Of a stretch of 64,000 bases of DNA, positions 39,601 to 47,190 are shown one piece after another. This stretch comes from Octopus bimaculoides (lineage: Eukaryota). The stretch lies in NCBI RefSeq assembly GCF_001194135.2, contig NC_069000.1, positions 6,300,590 through 6,364,589 of the forward strand, read 5' to 3'. Position 1 is the stretch's first letter. Every line of letters starts with the position of its first letter. The translations under genes and the position numbers were made by a program. The notes below the pieces were generated by a model. It was not told where the DNA came from. It did not search any database and saw nothing but the letters and a program-made list of their open reading frames with translations.

Positions 39601-42318
39601 CTTTACCTTTCATCCCTCCAGGGGCAATATGATAAGTACCTGTTGAGCACTGAAATTACTGTAATTAAATTCTCTCCCTCAAAATTTCAGGCTCTGTGCT
39701 TTAAATATAAAGTAATTGCTTCACATTCTGAGTTCAAATTCTGCTGAGGTCAACTTTACCTTTCATCCCTCCAGGTACCAATCAAGTACTGGAATCAATG
39801 TATTCAATTAACACACACCCTCCCTGAAAAAATTATGGGCCTTGTGCCTATATTGGAAAGCATTTCTTTAATGATTTGTGTTTATTGAAAATCTCTAGAT
39901 GTTTAGATGTTGTTATCACATCTCCACCAGCATATTGCCCTTGTTGGCAAGGTGCACAATTTCATGTTGTTACTAGTCAGACACCTAGTCAACATGGCAG
40001 AATAACCCAGATGGGAGGTGATGATGGTAGTCATGGGGTGAGGTTCGCATCAGAAAGATCAAATAACAAATCAGTTACTGAAATACAGAATGCAAGGGGT
40101 ATTTGAGGACATATGCGGTAATTCAATGAAACAACTCTAACCTAGCAAAAAACCAAATGTATTTGAATAAAAATGTCTACACATGTTCTTAATAAAGCTA
40201 ACTTATAACATTATTCTATGAATCTACTTTTTACTTCATTGATGGCTGCAAAGTGGGACTGGAATTGTTGAATTGTTGCACTAAATGGTCCTTATTTGAC
40301 ATCCTTTGGACTTTGGTGGTCTTTAGTGACACTATGGCATTGTAAGGGTGTTGATTGGTCTCCTTTTCAGTGATGTTCTGAACATAGTAATCCATGAAAT
40401 TTAAATTTGGCATGCATGGAGGCCATGAGTTTGGAGTTACATGATCATAACCCATTCTTGGGTTATGTGGGTGTTAAGTCTTGATGAAACACATTTGGCC
40501 TTCTACTACGTACTTCAACCATCCAGGGTTTAACAACCCTTTCCAGCACCTCTCCGTAACCAACATCATTAATTCTAAGACATAGAAAGATGTGAAGTGA
40601 CACAACATGACCTTCATTACTCACTACTCCTAAAATCATAACAGTTGCTGGAAATTTAGTGTACGTCAACTCTAGGATCATTGAAGGGTCTCTATACATA
40701 ACCATCTATCGTTTCTCCTGTTAGATTTTGGCTCATCTCTGATGAGAAAAACCTCAGCCAATACCAAAACAAGCCATGTTTGTGAGGGTTTTACACCTTA
40801 AGGAACTGCTTGATGCTGGTCAGTTTTCTCGAGTCTTTGTACAAATAAATTGGTCTTTACTCAGTACATAGGACATGTATCAAATGTCCATATGCGCCAC
40901 ATTTCTGATAGTGTAATCCAACTCGTGAAGTTCTTAAACAATGGCCCTCATTGATTTTTCTGGGATCATCATTTTCAACCTGTTGGATTAATTGTGGTAT
41001 CTGAATGTCTAAGCTGAAACATTCCTGTGTGAGGCTTCTAACTTCATCTACACTTTTATGTACAAAAGCTCTTGCAGCATTTTAAGTGTTAGCAATTTCT
41101 AAAACATGGCAACAATCACTGAATGTCTTTTCATTTCTTGTATTAGCATTTTATTTGCTGTGGCATATCTGAAAGAAATATAAACATTTTGTTTTGACGA
41201 GAGTAATATACTGATAATTTTCCTCAAATACCCTTACACCCTGTATTATTGATAAACTGGTGGGAGTCATTTTATTCAGCTAATTCTATTGATATTGTAT
41301 ATTACCATCGATAAGTCTTCTAATTTGCTGAATTATTAAAAAAAAATTTATGGCAATGTTATTTTCAAGTTTAGAATTTCCTACCTTTTAGATTAAAAAT
41401 TTCTCTTTAATATTTTAAATTTGGAATAAGAATAATGGAAATGCTTATAGGAAATTCTGTTTCATGCCAAATGGCCTAAATAATAATAGTGCATACCAGT
41501 ACTAAATAGAATTAATAATTTTTGGTACAGTTTGAGATTGTCTAATCAGCAGACTTTTGTTGAATGATTATAGTAACACATGACATTGTTTTCTTATGTA
41601 TGTATATTATTTATTTAGCTGGTAAAAATAATTTCTAATGTCAGTATCTTAGTTTCTGTTCAGATTTAAAACAATGGCAGTCTATACAACACACTCAATA
41701 CCAAAAATAGCTTTTGCTTTATTGTGCTATCAACTTTTTCCTTCAAGATCTTTTTTCGGTCTTGCTATATATATAAGAACATTTTTAATATCATATAAGG
41801 TGAAACTTTTGTTGCTTTAATTACTGCTGTTTATTACACATCAATAGTTTAACAATTACATCAGTTAATTTTTCTCTGGAAATTTGCTTTTTATTTTTTA
41901 GAAATATCTGCAATCTTCATTTGTTGCTTTAATATTTCAATTGTCTTTGCTAATTATTAGTCTTTTAAGAAAGTATTTTTAAATGAATGTTGAGTCCACA
42001 TCTACCATCACTGCCCCAATTCCTCCCCCACCCCACTCCTTCCACTATTCATCCTTTATCGTATATATATATATATATATTGAACACATTTGTTTCTAAG
42101 TTCTAAAACTATAATTATTATTAATAGTAATAATAGTAGTAATAATAATTAAGCCGAAAGATCTTCAATAAATCCTGCCCATTTTTACTTGTTTATTTCT
42201 GTTCTTTTCAGTGGACACGGGTAGTCGAATAACGGATTCCACTGCATCTTTCATCAGCAATTCTCACCTGTTAATGGCAGTGAATGCCTTCTTGTGTTGT
42301 CTGCTGGCACTGCTCTGA
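844..42318 (+). CDS. NCAM: NCAM/Fasciclin II/apCAM-like cell adhesion molecule, GPI-anchored isoform (5'-partial, multi-exon: 5 Ig + 2 FN3 + variable stalk + GPI signal)
   Basis: Manually spliced GT-AG exons with matching intron phases give one open frame, about 819 aa from the first in-window exon if all five main stalk exons are included. The 5 Ig + 2 FN3 architecture is the established NCAM/Fas2/apCAM signature. Orthology was not tested by search. Confidence 0.9.
2877..3125 (+). mobile_element. Probable non-LTR (L1/Tx1-like) ORF2 C-terminal fragment next to a gap
   Basis: ORF 2926-3120 has no splice fit to the gene. ...ENVAKFRNTWVV... resembles the Tx1 ORF2 C-terminus, from memory only. 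Confidence 0.3.
3515..3654 (+). CDS. NCAM: NCAM-like exon: Ig1 C-half (LIKIRKEPPFSSKLILKELKTSDAGVYACRAEVNGKKLEAITTLKIY)
   Basis: TTCTAG acceptor, GTAAGT donor; 140 nt, phase 2->1; DAGVYAC Ig motif. Confidence 0.95.
4938..5072 (+). CDS. NCAM: NCAM-like exon: Ig2 N-half (RPLGFSNCEEVQQPIIYKDAKIRCTATGDPAPKIQWKHKLKKIIT)
   Basis: CCACAG acceptor, GTATGT donor; 135 nt, phase 1->1; CTATGDPAPKIQW I-set motif. Confidence 0.95.
5700..5920. repeat. (CT)n/(TA)n compound microsatellite, representative of dozens of (CA)n, (TA)n, (CT)n, (TACA)n, (TAC)n, (ATT)n and poly-T tracts in the window
   Basis: Directly visible simple repeats, many flanking N gaps. Confidence 0.95.
6537..6674 (+). CDS. NCAM: NCAM-like exon: Ig2 C-half (AGRYEVDADGLIIKNITEADNGEYVLEAEIVSKSSYDEKSIIVKVV)
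   Basis: TTTAG acceptor, GTAAGT donor; 138 nt, phase 1->1; LIIKNI..ADNGEY motif with Leu in place of the F-strand Cys; not in the ORF track. Confidence 0.92.
7957..8069 (+). CDS. NCAM: NCAM-like exon: Ig3 N-half (VPPKISKPPEVSKPVEGSELSLSCKASGDPNPKYMWFK)
   Basis: TTGCAG acceptor, GTGCGT donor; 113 nt, phase 1->0. Confidence 0.95.
8181..8337 (+). CDS. NCAM: NCAM-like exon: Ig3 C-half (NDQELSDSRIEMDNIAGKLKVSNVKKSDGGKYKCVAYNIGGNDSATAEVTIL)
   Basis: GCATAG acceptor after a 111-bp intron, GTAAGT donor; 157 nt, phase 0->1; DGGKYKC motif. Confidence 0.95.
9772..9914 (+). CDS. NCAM: NCAM-like exon: Ig4 N-half (VPPSVEIPRSGDGKEGESITLVCKGKGVPVPSLTWQRSNDAPFPIGEE)
   Basis: TTATAG acceptor, GTTAGC donor; 143 nt, phase 1->0. 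Confidence 0.95.
10019..10372 (+). CDS. NCAM: NCAM-like exon: Ig4 C-half + Ig5 N-half (LNGVLVKE...DADNYTCFGDNEAG...ANITCTAKSYPKAIISW...SLLQ)
   Basis: AACAG acceptor after a 104-bp intron, GTAAGT donor; 354 nt, phase 0->0. Confidence 0.96.
11045..11133 (+). mobile_element. RTE LINE 3'-tail family copy (other copies ~5229-5400, ~51795-51990, ~52810-52930, 60837-60960)
   Basis: Shared GTCCAACCCATGCTAGCATGGAAAGCGGACGTTAAACGATGAT terminus recurs in the window in both orientations. Confidence 0.7.
11363..11468 (+). CDS. NCAM: NCAM-like exon: Ig5 C-half (VKVTPSNENSVFTDYKCKAFSIRDSTEITITLKKA)
   Basis: GTTAG acceptor, GTTGGT donor; 106 nt, phase 0->1; YKC motif. Confidence 0.93.
12248..12418 (+). CDS. 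NCAM: NCAM-like exon: FN3-1 N-half (VVPKRPVKVNALDPTPTTITLVISPPESDGGIPVTQYHITQVTSGSDKKEEKDVPVP)
   Basis: TTACAG acceptor, GTTAGT donor; 171 nt, phase 1->1; PPESDGGIPVTQY FN3 motif. Confidence 0.95.
12783..12990 (+). mobile_element. RTE LINE ORF2 C-terminal relic
   Basis: Degenerate MDEDCSLKK...PRKTW...RADLRTL..GDQGAW, matching the RTE RT C-terminal pattern (GRPRKTW...DR..W). Confidence 0.55.
13802..13936 (+). CDS. NCAM: NCAM-like exon: FN3-1 C-half (EPSKTQRVVLENLTPKTKYQLKVFAGNRVGLSTTSYDLSSETPNI)
   Basis: TGTAG acceptor, GTAAGT donor; 135 nt, phase 1->1; LENLTPKTKYQLKV.A.N..G FN3 motif. Confidence 0.95.
14069..14444 (+). mobile_element. tRNA-derived SINE, family A, full length (3' partial copy 9403-9620; variant 59856-60156)
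   Basis: tRNA-like head with A box (TGGCCCAGTGG) and B box (GGTTTCGATTC), body, shared 3' domain GTGCTCAGCCACTTGCACGTTAATTTCA, (AAC)n tail. Confidence 0.8.
15103..15230 (+). CDS. NCAM: NCAM-like exon: FN3-2 N-half (RKPFDVFITSDRYGTSPHSYQVTWDKPRTGGADIVSYSIQYRK)
   Basis: TTTCAG acceptor, GTAAAG donor; 128 nt, phase 1->0; W..P.TGG..I..Y motif seen in Fas2/apCAM FN3-2. Confidence 0.95.
15981..16179 (+). CDS. NCAM: NCAM-like exon: FN3-2 C-half (VHIKEKEPWVVDGSKENGDYMTKTVQGKTSAVIRNLESNTYYEFQVVATNKVGNSNPRPVIIVTKK)
   Basis: ACACAG acceptor, GTAAGC donor; 199 nt, phase 0->1; NLESNTYYEFQVVATNKVG motif. Confidence 0.95.
16750..16776 (+). CDS. NCAM: Stalk microexon 1, 27 nt (DSPDSIEES)
   Basis: Pyrimidine tract + ATATAG acceptor, G|GTAAGA donor; phase 1->1, frame-preserving. 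Confidence 0.75.
18183..18499. other. Intronic multi-helix structured island
   Basis: 15/16-bp closing stem (18183-18198 with 18461-18476), perfect 18-bp palindrome 18440-18457, 11-bp hairpin 18474-18499, 7-bp stem 18385-18391/18410-18416, bulged 9-bp stem 18218-18226/18353-18363. Confidence 0.55.
19052..19081 (+). CDS. NCAM: Stalk microexon 2, 30 nt (EYPDEYVDEY)
   Basis: TTTTACTCTGCAG acceptor, G|GTAAGC donor; phase 1->1, frame-preserving. Confidence 0.8.
21473..21535 (+). CDS. NCAM: Stalk exon 3, 63 nt (DPSPADTASNPKTNIYKATTK); alternative in-frame acceptor at 21446 adds DAPGSSIIS
   Basis: CATTTCAG acceptor, AAG|GTTAGT donor; phase 1->1; S/T/P-rich. An in-frame TGA at 21436-21438 limits any further 5' extension. 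Confidence 0.7.
22483..23281 (+). mobile_element. Tc1/mariner-superfamily element, maT (DD37D)-like, internally deleted and inactive
   Basis: TA|CAGGGTGCG...CGCACCCTG termini. Degenerate transposase KHPINIMVFGVITSDGDVMPPFIFP...WQQESAPCHTSRRTQS...LDY...RFRSRVDAMVEANGNFIE* with stops and frameshifts. Confidence 0.85.
26678..26716 (+). CDS. NCAM: Stalk exon 4, 39 nt (GNILDPGQTSKSI) or 48 nt to 26725
   Basis: Strong TTTTTCCTTTCAG acceptor. Two weak A|GTGATT donors 9 nt apart, both phase 1. Confidence 0.5.
27890..28109 (+). mobile_element. tRNA-derived SINE, family B, young copy with 18-bp TSD
   Basis: Perfect direct repeat AATGGTATTGAAAGCAAA at 27872-27889 and 28110-28127; core GGTCGACTTTGCCTTTCATCCTTTCGGGGTCGAT. 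Confidence 0.88.
28993..29534 (-). mobile_element. mariner (DD34D) element, internally deleted
   Basis: ~30-bp TIRs (CTAGGTTGAGGAAAAAGTTTGTGTGCTGTGTT / AACACAGCACACAAACTTCTTCCTCAGCCTAA); minus-strand LPHPAYSPDIAPSDYGLFRS motif. Confidence 0.88.
30434..30556 (+). CDS. NCAM: Stalk exon 5, 123 nt, mucin-like (GPSFSTMSPSTKSPTSISDVSSSSTRDTTVTVTNVVTSVTT)
   Basis: TTTTTTGTACAG acceptor, CTG|GTGAAA donor; phase 1->1; more than half Ser/Thr; TGCATG (Rbfox-type motif) at 30582-30587. Confidence 0.8.
32021..32029 (+). CDS. Candidate 9-nt stalk microexon (A-V-C-x)
   Basis: CTTTCATCTGCCTGTCAG acceptor with TGC 8-10 nt upstream of the exon; CA|GTGAGT donor; phase 1->1. Confidence 0.35.
38058..38260 (+). 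mobile_element. SINE family B copy (others ~17039-17245, 27219-27425, 33795-34020, 39575-39860 tandem pair, 63647-63858, 63861-64000; minus strand ~53790-53905, ~53920-54140)
   Basis: Same GCTGGCAGAATCGTTAGC head and CTTTCATCCTTT..GGGGTCGATAAA..AAGTACCAG core in each copy; boundaries approximate. Confidence 0.75.
40086..41243 (-). mobile_element. maT (DD37D)-like Tc1/mariner element, near full length but decayed
   Basis: TA-flanked imperfect TIRs (CAGAATGCAAGGGGTATTTGAGGA / TCCTCAAATACCCTTACACCCTG); minus-strand fragments TKFPATVMILGVVSNEGHV...FHQD and HVTPNSWPPCMPNLNFMDYYV. Confidence 0.8.
42212..42318 (+). CDS. NCAM: Terminal coding exon: GPI-anchor signal (VDTGSRITDSTASFISNSHLLMAVNAFLCCLLALL*)
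   Basis: TTCTGTTCTTTTCAG acceptor in phase 1; small-residue omega candidates (G/S/D), polar spacer, 16-aa hydrophobic C-terminus, TGA at 42316-42318; not in the ORF track. Confidence 0.85.
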
Positions 42319-44419
42319 GTTTAAAAATAACAGCAACAAAAACAACAACAAAAAAAAAAATTATGAAAGACAGCCTCCCGTGCCNNNNNNNNNNNNNNNN
42401 NNNNNNNNNNNNNNNNNNNNNNNNNNNNNNNNNNNNNNNNNNNNNNNNNNNNNNNNNNNNNNNNNNNNNNNNNNNNNNNNNNNNNNNNNNNNNNNNNNNN
42501 NNNNNNNNNNNNNNNNNNNNNNNNNNNNNNNNNNNNNNNNNNNNNNNNNNNNNNNNNNNNNNNNNNNNNNNNNNNNNNNNNNNNNNNNNNNNNNNNNNNN
42601 NNNNNNNNNNNNNNNNNNNNNNNNNNNNNNNNNNNNNNNNNNNNNNNNNNNNNNNNNNNNNNNNNNNNNNNNNNNNNNNNNNNNNNNNNNNNNNNNNNNN
42701 NNNNNNNNNNNNNNNNNNNNNNNNNNNNNNNNNNNNNNNNNNNNNNNNNNNNNNNNNNNNNNNNNNNNNNNNNNNNNNNNNNNNNNATTTGGAAATTGAA
42801 GCAAGACCCATTTTTTTTTAAGGACCTTTTTCTTTTTAAAGTTTTTAAATAAAAAAGCTTAGCTCGGCTCCTATGTGCACACATTTTGTGCCTCCATCAT
42901 ATTACCCTGTGGAGGATTGATATCTTTCAGTAACAGTTAAAGAATTCTCTTGGACTGTGTAGAGACTCTCGGAATTTCTTTTTTTTTTTTTCTCTCCCCC
43001 AAATTAAATCAATCAGTAAAGCTGTCATGACTCAAACTTTCTAAAACTGGAGAGAAAGAAGGGGAAGGTCACGAGGAGAGGGGTCGGATGTTGTCCAGTC
43101 CCCCTCCCTCTCTCTCTCTCTCTCCCCCCAACTTCTTACAAGAGTGAAAGTTCATTTTTATCTTTTTTCCCCCCTTTCTCTCTCTCCATTGTGCAGCCAC
43201 TTGAGTTAGGGTGACCAGAACAAACCCCCACCACCACCACCACCAAAAAACTAATAATAATAAATGAAAATGAATTTTCATAATTGTTTGAGAGCGCGTA
43301 CCTGTGTGTATATGTATGCGTGCGTGTGTGTGCATATGCGTATGTGTGTATGTATGTACATATGCTCCCACATGCATCCTATTAAGTTTGGCATTACACA
43401 TTCCCTGATATAATTTGGCTCAGTTGGTGAAGTGTGCATAGCAAATTTATTTTACTTTATTATTATTTTTTTTTCTGCAGTGCTTGATCTATTACTACAC
43501 AACACTATTATAATTTATTTTAAACCCCACCCCATCTCTTTCTCTCTTCTCTCTCTGTGCAAATGTATATTTTTCACCATTGGGTGGGTGAGGTTTATTT
43601 TTTATGTTCTTTCATTTCATTTTTCTCTTCTATCTCTAAAAGTTGAGTAAACCTAGTCAACCATTCCTTAAATCTCTCCGAACCAACAAAATATTCCTCA
43701 ATTACTATCTTACTCTAAAGTGTAAACCCCCTCCCTCTCCAATTTAAGTATAAAATTTTTCTGTTCTTTTTAAATTCTCAAGTCTAGGCTGGTATTTAAA
43801 AAAAAATAATAATCCTTCAGTTTTGCTTATTTCATATTTTTAAAAATCAGCTTCTATGGTATTAAAATAGCTTTTATTTCTCCACCCCTTCCTGATTTTC
43901 TTTCTTTACCTGCTTTTTCGGTTATGCTTGGAAGTGATTGTTGATGTTGACATAGTATCAGGTATGTAAATATAGTCTACAATGTAATTAGTAGTATACC
44001 TGTTGAATTTTTTAAAATCACTGCCTTCATAAATTTTACAAGTCTCATCATTTTAATTTAGGAAACTTGAATTCAGCCACCAGTTTACAAGGGATGGAAA
44101 TTGATATTTCTGTCTCAGTGACTATTATCTTTGGCATTATTACAATTACTACTACATGGTTATAAATCTATTATTACACTTCATCATATACAATTATTAA
44201 TTGCAGAAGCTTATTCTCCAAACTTATGACAATTATCAGTTAATAATATTATTATTCTGGAAGGTTTTAAGTTGCTTATATTTTTTTTGTTTAATTAAAA
44301 AGAAAAAAAAAGCAAACAAAGAAACAAACATTATTAGCGATTTAAAATGACTTACTTAAATGTCTTTATTCTTGTGGGGTTTTTAACTTTCCCCCCCTGA
44401 TTAGTTCTATTGGAGGCTA

Positions 44420-44459
<40 letters not shown>

Positions 44460-44473
44460 CATACATACATACA

Positions 44474-44511
<38 letters not shown>

Positions 44512-44804
44512 GCATCTTATGTTTAGAAAGTGCCACTCACCTCTATTCTTCTGTTATGCATTTTGGGAGTTATGGTACACTTGAAGTTTAGTTGTTTCTG
44601 CTAATGGATTCAACCATCAATAATTCCTTGAGTGTCTTTTATCATCATAATTCACCCTATGACAGCCTCAACTACTCGTTTTCTTTTTTTTTTTCTTTTG
44701 TGCGCGTGTGTGTATCTGTTTTTGTTTTGTATGTTGAACATCTTAGGCTTGTGGCAGAGGGGTGTGGGGTGAAGGCGAACTGGTCCTGGTGTTTATATAT
44801 ATAT

Positions 44805-45606
44805 ATAGGAAAATGAAAAATGATATGGCAGAATGCTAAACTGGAAGCATATTTTAATAAAGATTTCTCTAACCGGCTTTCGTTGCGAAGCAAATTTTCA
44901 AGAAGAGGGAGAATGAAAATGTTTTTTACAAAGTACAAAATGAAGGAAATAATATATAAAAAAAATAATATATATAAAAATAAACATACCAATACATTAT
45001 ATTGTCTTTGAGCTTTTGAAGTTCAGTGGTAATTCATGTATATAATGGTTGGAAAAATAAGGATGCATGAGAATTGAGAGCTGTGTTAGGTTTAAAAAAA
45101 GGGTTAAAAGTTTGTGTTAAGCAGGAAGTGTGGTGTTAAAACAGGAAGTGTGTGTAAGGGGAGACAAATGTTCTTAGTTGGAGTTATGAACTCTTTTTTT
45201 CAACAGGAAGTTTGTCTGTTCCTAGGAGTTCATAACTCCAACTAAAAACATTTGTCTCCCCTTACACACACTTCCTGTTTTGACACCACACTTCCTGCTT
45301 AACACAAACTTTTAACCCTTTTTTTTAAACCTAACACTGCTCTCAATTCTCATGCATCCTTATTTTTCCAACCATTATATACATGAATTACCATTGAACT
45401 TCAAAAGCTCAAAGACAATATAATGTATTGGTATGTTTATTTTTTTAATATATTATTTTCTTCATTTTGTACTTCCTTGTAAAAAACATTTTCATTCTCC
45501 CTCTTCTTGAAAATTTGCTTCGCAACGAAAGCCGGTTTGAGAAATCTTTATTAGAATATGCTTCCAGTTTAGCATTCTGCCTTATTATTATTTTTCATTT
45601 TCCTAT
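44805..45606. repeat. Long imperfect inverted repeat (foldback): arms 44805-45193 and 45226-45606, 32-nt spacer
   Basis: Base-by-base reverse-complement alignment; about 6 substitutions plus a few short indels over ~385 bp. Confidence 0.95.
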
Positions 45607-45629
45607 TATTTCTCCACGTNNNNNNNNNN

Positions 45630-46000
45630 CATTTGTCTCCCCTTACACACACTTCCTGTTTTGACACCACACTTCCTGCTTAACACAAACTTTTAACCCT
45701 TTTTTTTAAACCTAACACTGCTCTCAATTCTCATGCATCCTTATTTTTCCAACCATTATATACATGAATTACCATTGAACTTCAAAAGCTCAAAGACAAT
45801 ATAATGTATTGGTATGTTTATTTTTTTAATATATTATTTTCTTCATTTTGTACTTCCTTGTAAAAAACATTTTCATTCTCCCTCTTCTTGAAAATTTGCT
45901 TCGCAACGAAAGCCGGTTTGAGAAATCTTTATTAGAATATGCTTCCAGTTTAGCATTCTGCCTTATTATTATTTTTCATTTTCCTATTATTTCTCCACGT
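45630..46000 (+). repeat. Apparently exact 371-bp direct copy of 45249-45619 across a 10-N gap (likely assembly overlap artefact)
   Basis: Identical sequence at offset 381, separated only by Ns 45620-45629. Confidence 0.8.
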
Positions 46001-46858
46001 GCGGTTAACACAACCCTACTATTTGCTGACTTATATATATACATACACATATATATATATATATAAATGACTGTACAAGCATGAATCTCTGAAGGCATGT
46101 CTTTCTCCAGAGTTAGAAATATTTAATGACAGCACAGTGCTTGATTTTTTTGAGATGTTCAGTGTTCTTGTCCCCCTCAATCAGAAACAACAAACAAACA
46201 AGTACAAAATATTTAAATTTCAGTGTAAATCTATAGACTTGGAAAAAAAAACAAATCACAAAAGTCACTCCTTCAAAATCAAACTTAGGTTCTGTTTTAT
46301 ATCATTTTTGAATTAATCTTAAGTTCCTGTTTTTGTTCACTTGTTTATTTCTTTTGCTACATGTTTTTCATATTTTCCCAGATCTAGTCATTCATGTCTC
46401 AAGTTGAAAAAAAAAAACCTCAAAAAGCCTAAGTTTTAAAATGTTATCAGCTAATCTCTCTTCCATTAAAAGCAAAAAAAAAAAAAAAATCAATCAATAG
46501 CTTATTANNNNNNNNNNAAATTTCAGTGAAATGAGTTTTTTTTTTTTTTTTTTCCCAAAGATTAATTTTAATCTTTTAGATTAGTATTAGAAAACTTTGA
46601 CAACACACAAAAAAAAAGATCAAAAATATTCTTTTTTTATTGTTATTGGGTGGGGTGTATATTTATTTTTGTAAAAGAAAAATTATTTGAGATTTTTAAA
46701 ACTGTGGCTTAGCTAGTTATTATTGGAGTCATCTGTTATAATTTTTTAGACTGACTTACTGGGGTGTGTGGGGATTAATGTATTTACAAATTTTTAATAA
46801 GTTTTAGAAATATTTTAACAGATAATCACTATGTGATTCTTCCTAGATTGCTGGATAT

Positions 46859-46901
<43 letters not shown>

Positions 46902-47134
46902 TGCTTAAATGAACAGAAAAATGTGTTTATTTTTCTTTTCTTTTCTTTTTGCCTATTTATCACTCTTTGATGTATATATTATTTTTGGTTGCACTTCAAA
47001 ATTTTCTTTTCGATAATTAAAGAATTAGTTTTAGTTTATTTTTTAAAAAAAGCAACATTTAAAAAGCATTAAACTACTAAGCTGTAATAACTGGCAATAT
47101 GCTTGAAAAATTTGCAATATTCTTTCACCCTACT

Positions 47135-47190
<56 letters not shown>

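Noticed and set aside
45630-46000. Third arm / tandem duplication of the foldback's right arm
   Set aside because: It appears identical to 45249-45619 and is separated only by a 10-N gap. This is typical of unmerged contig overlap at a hard-to-assemble palindrome, so it is not treated as biological.
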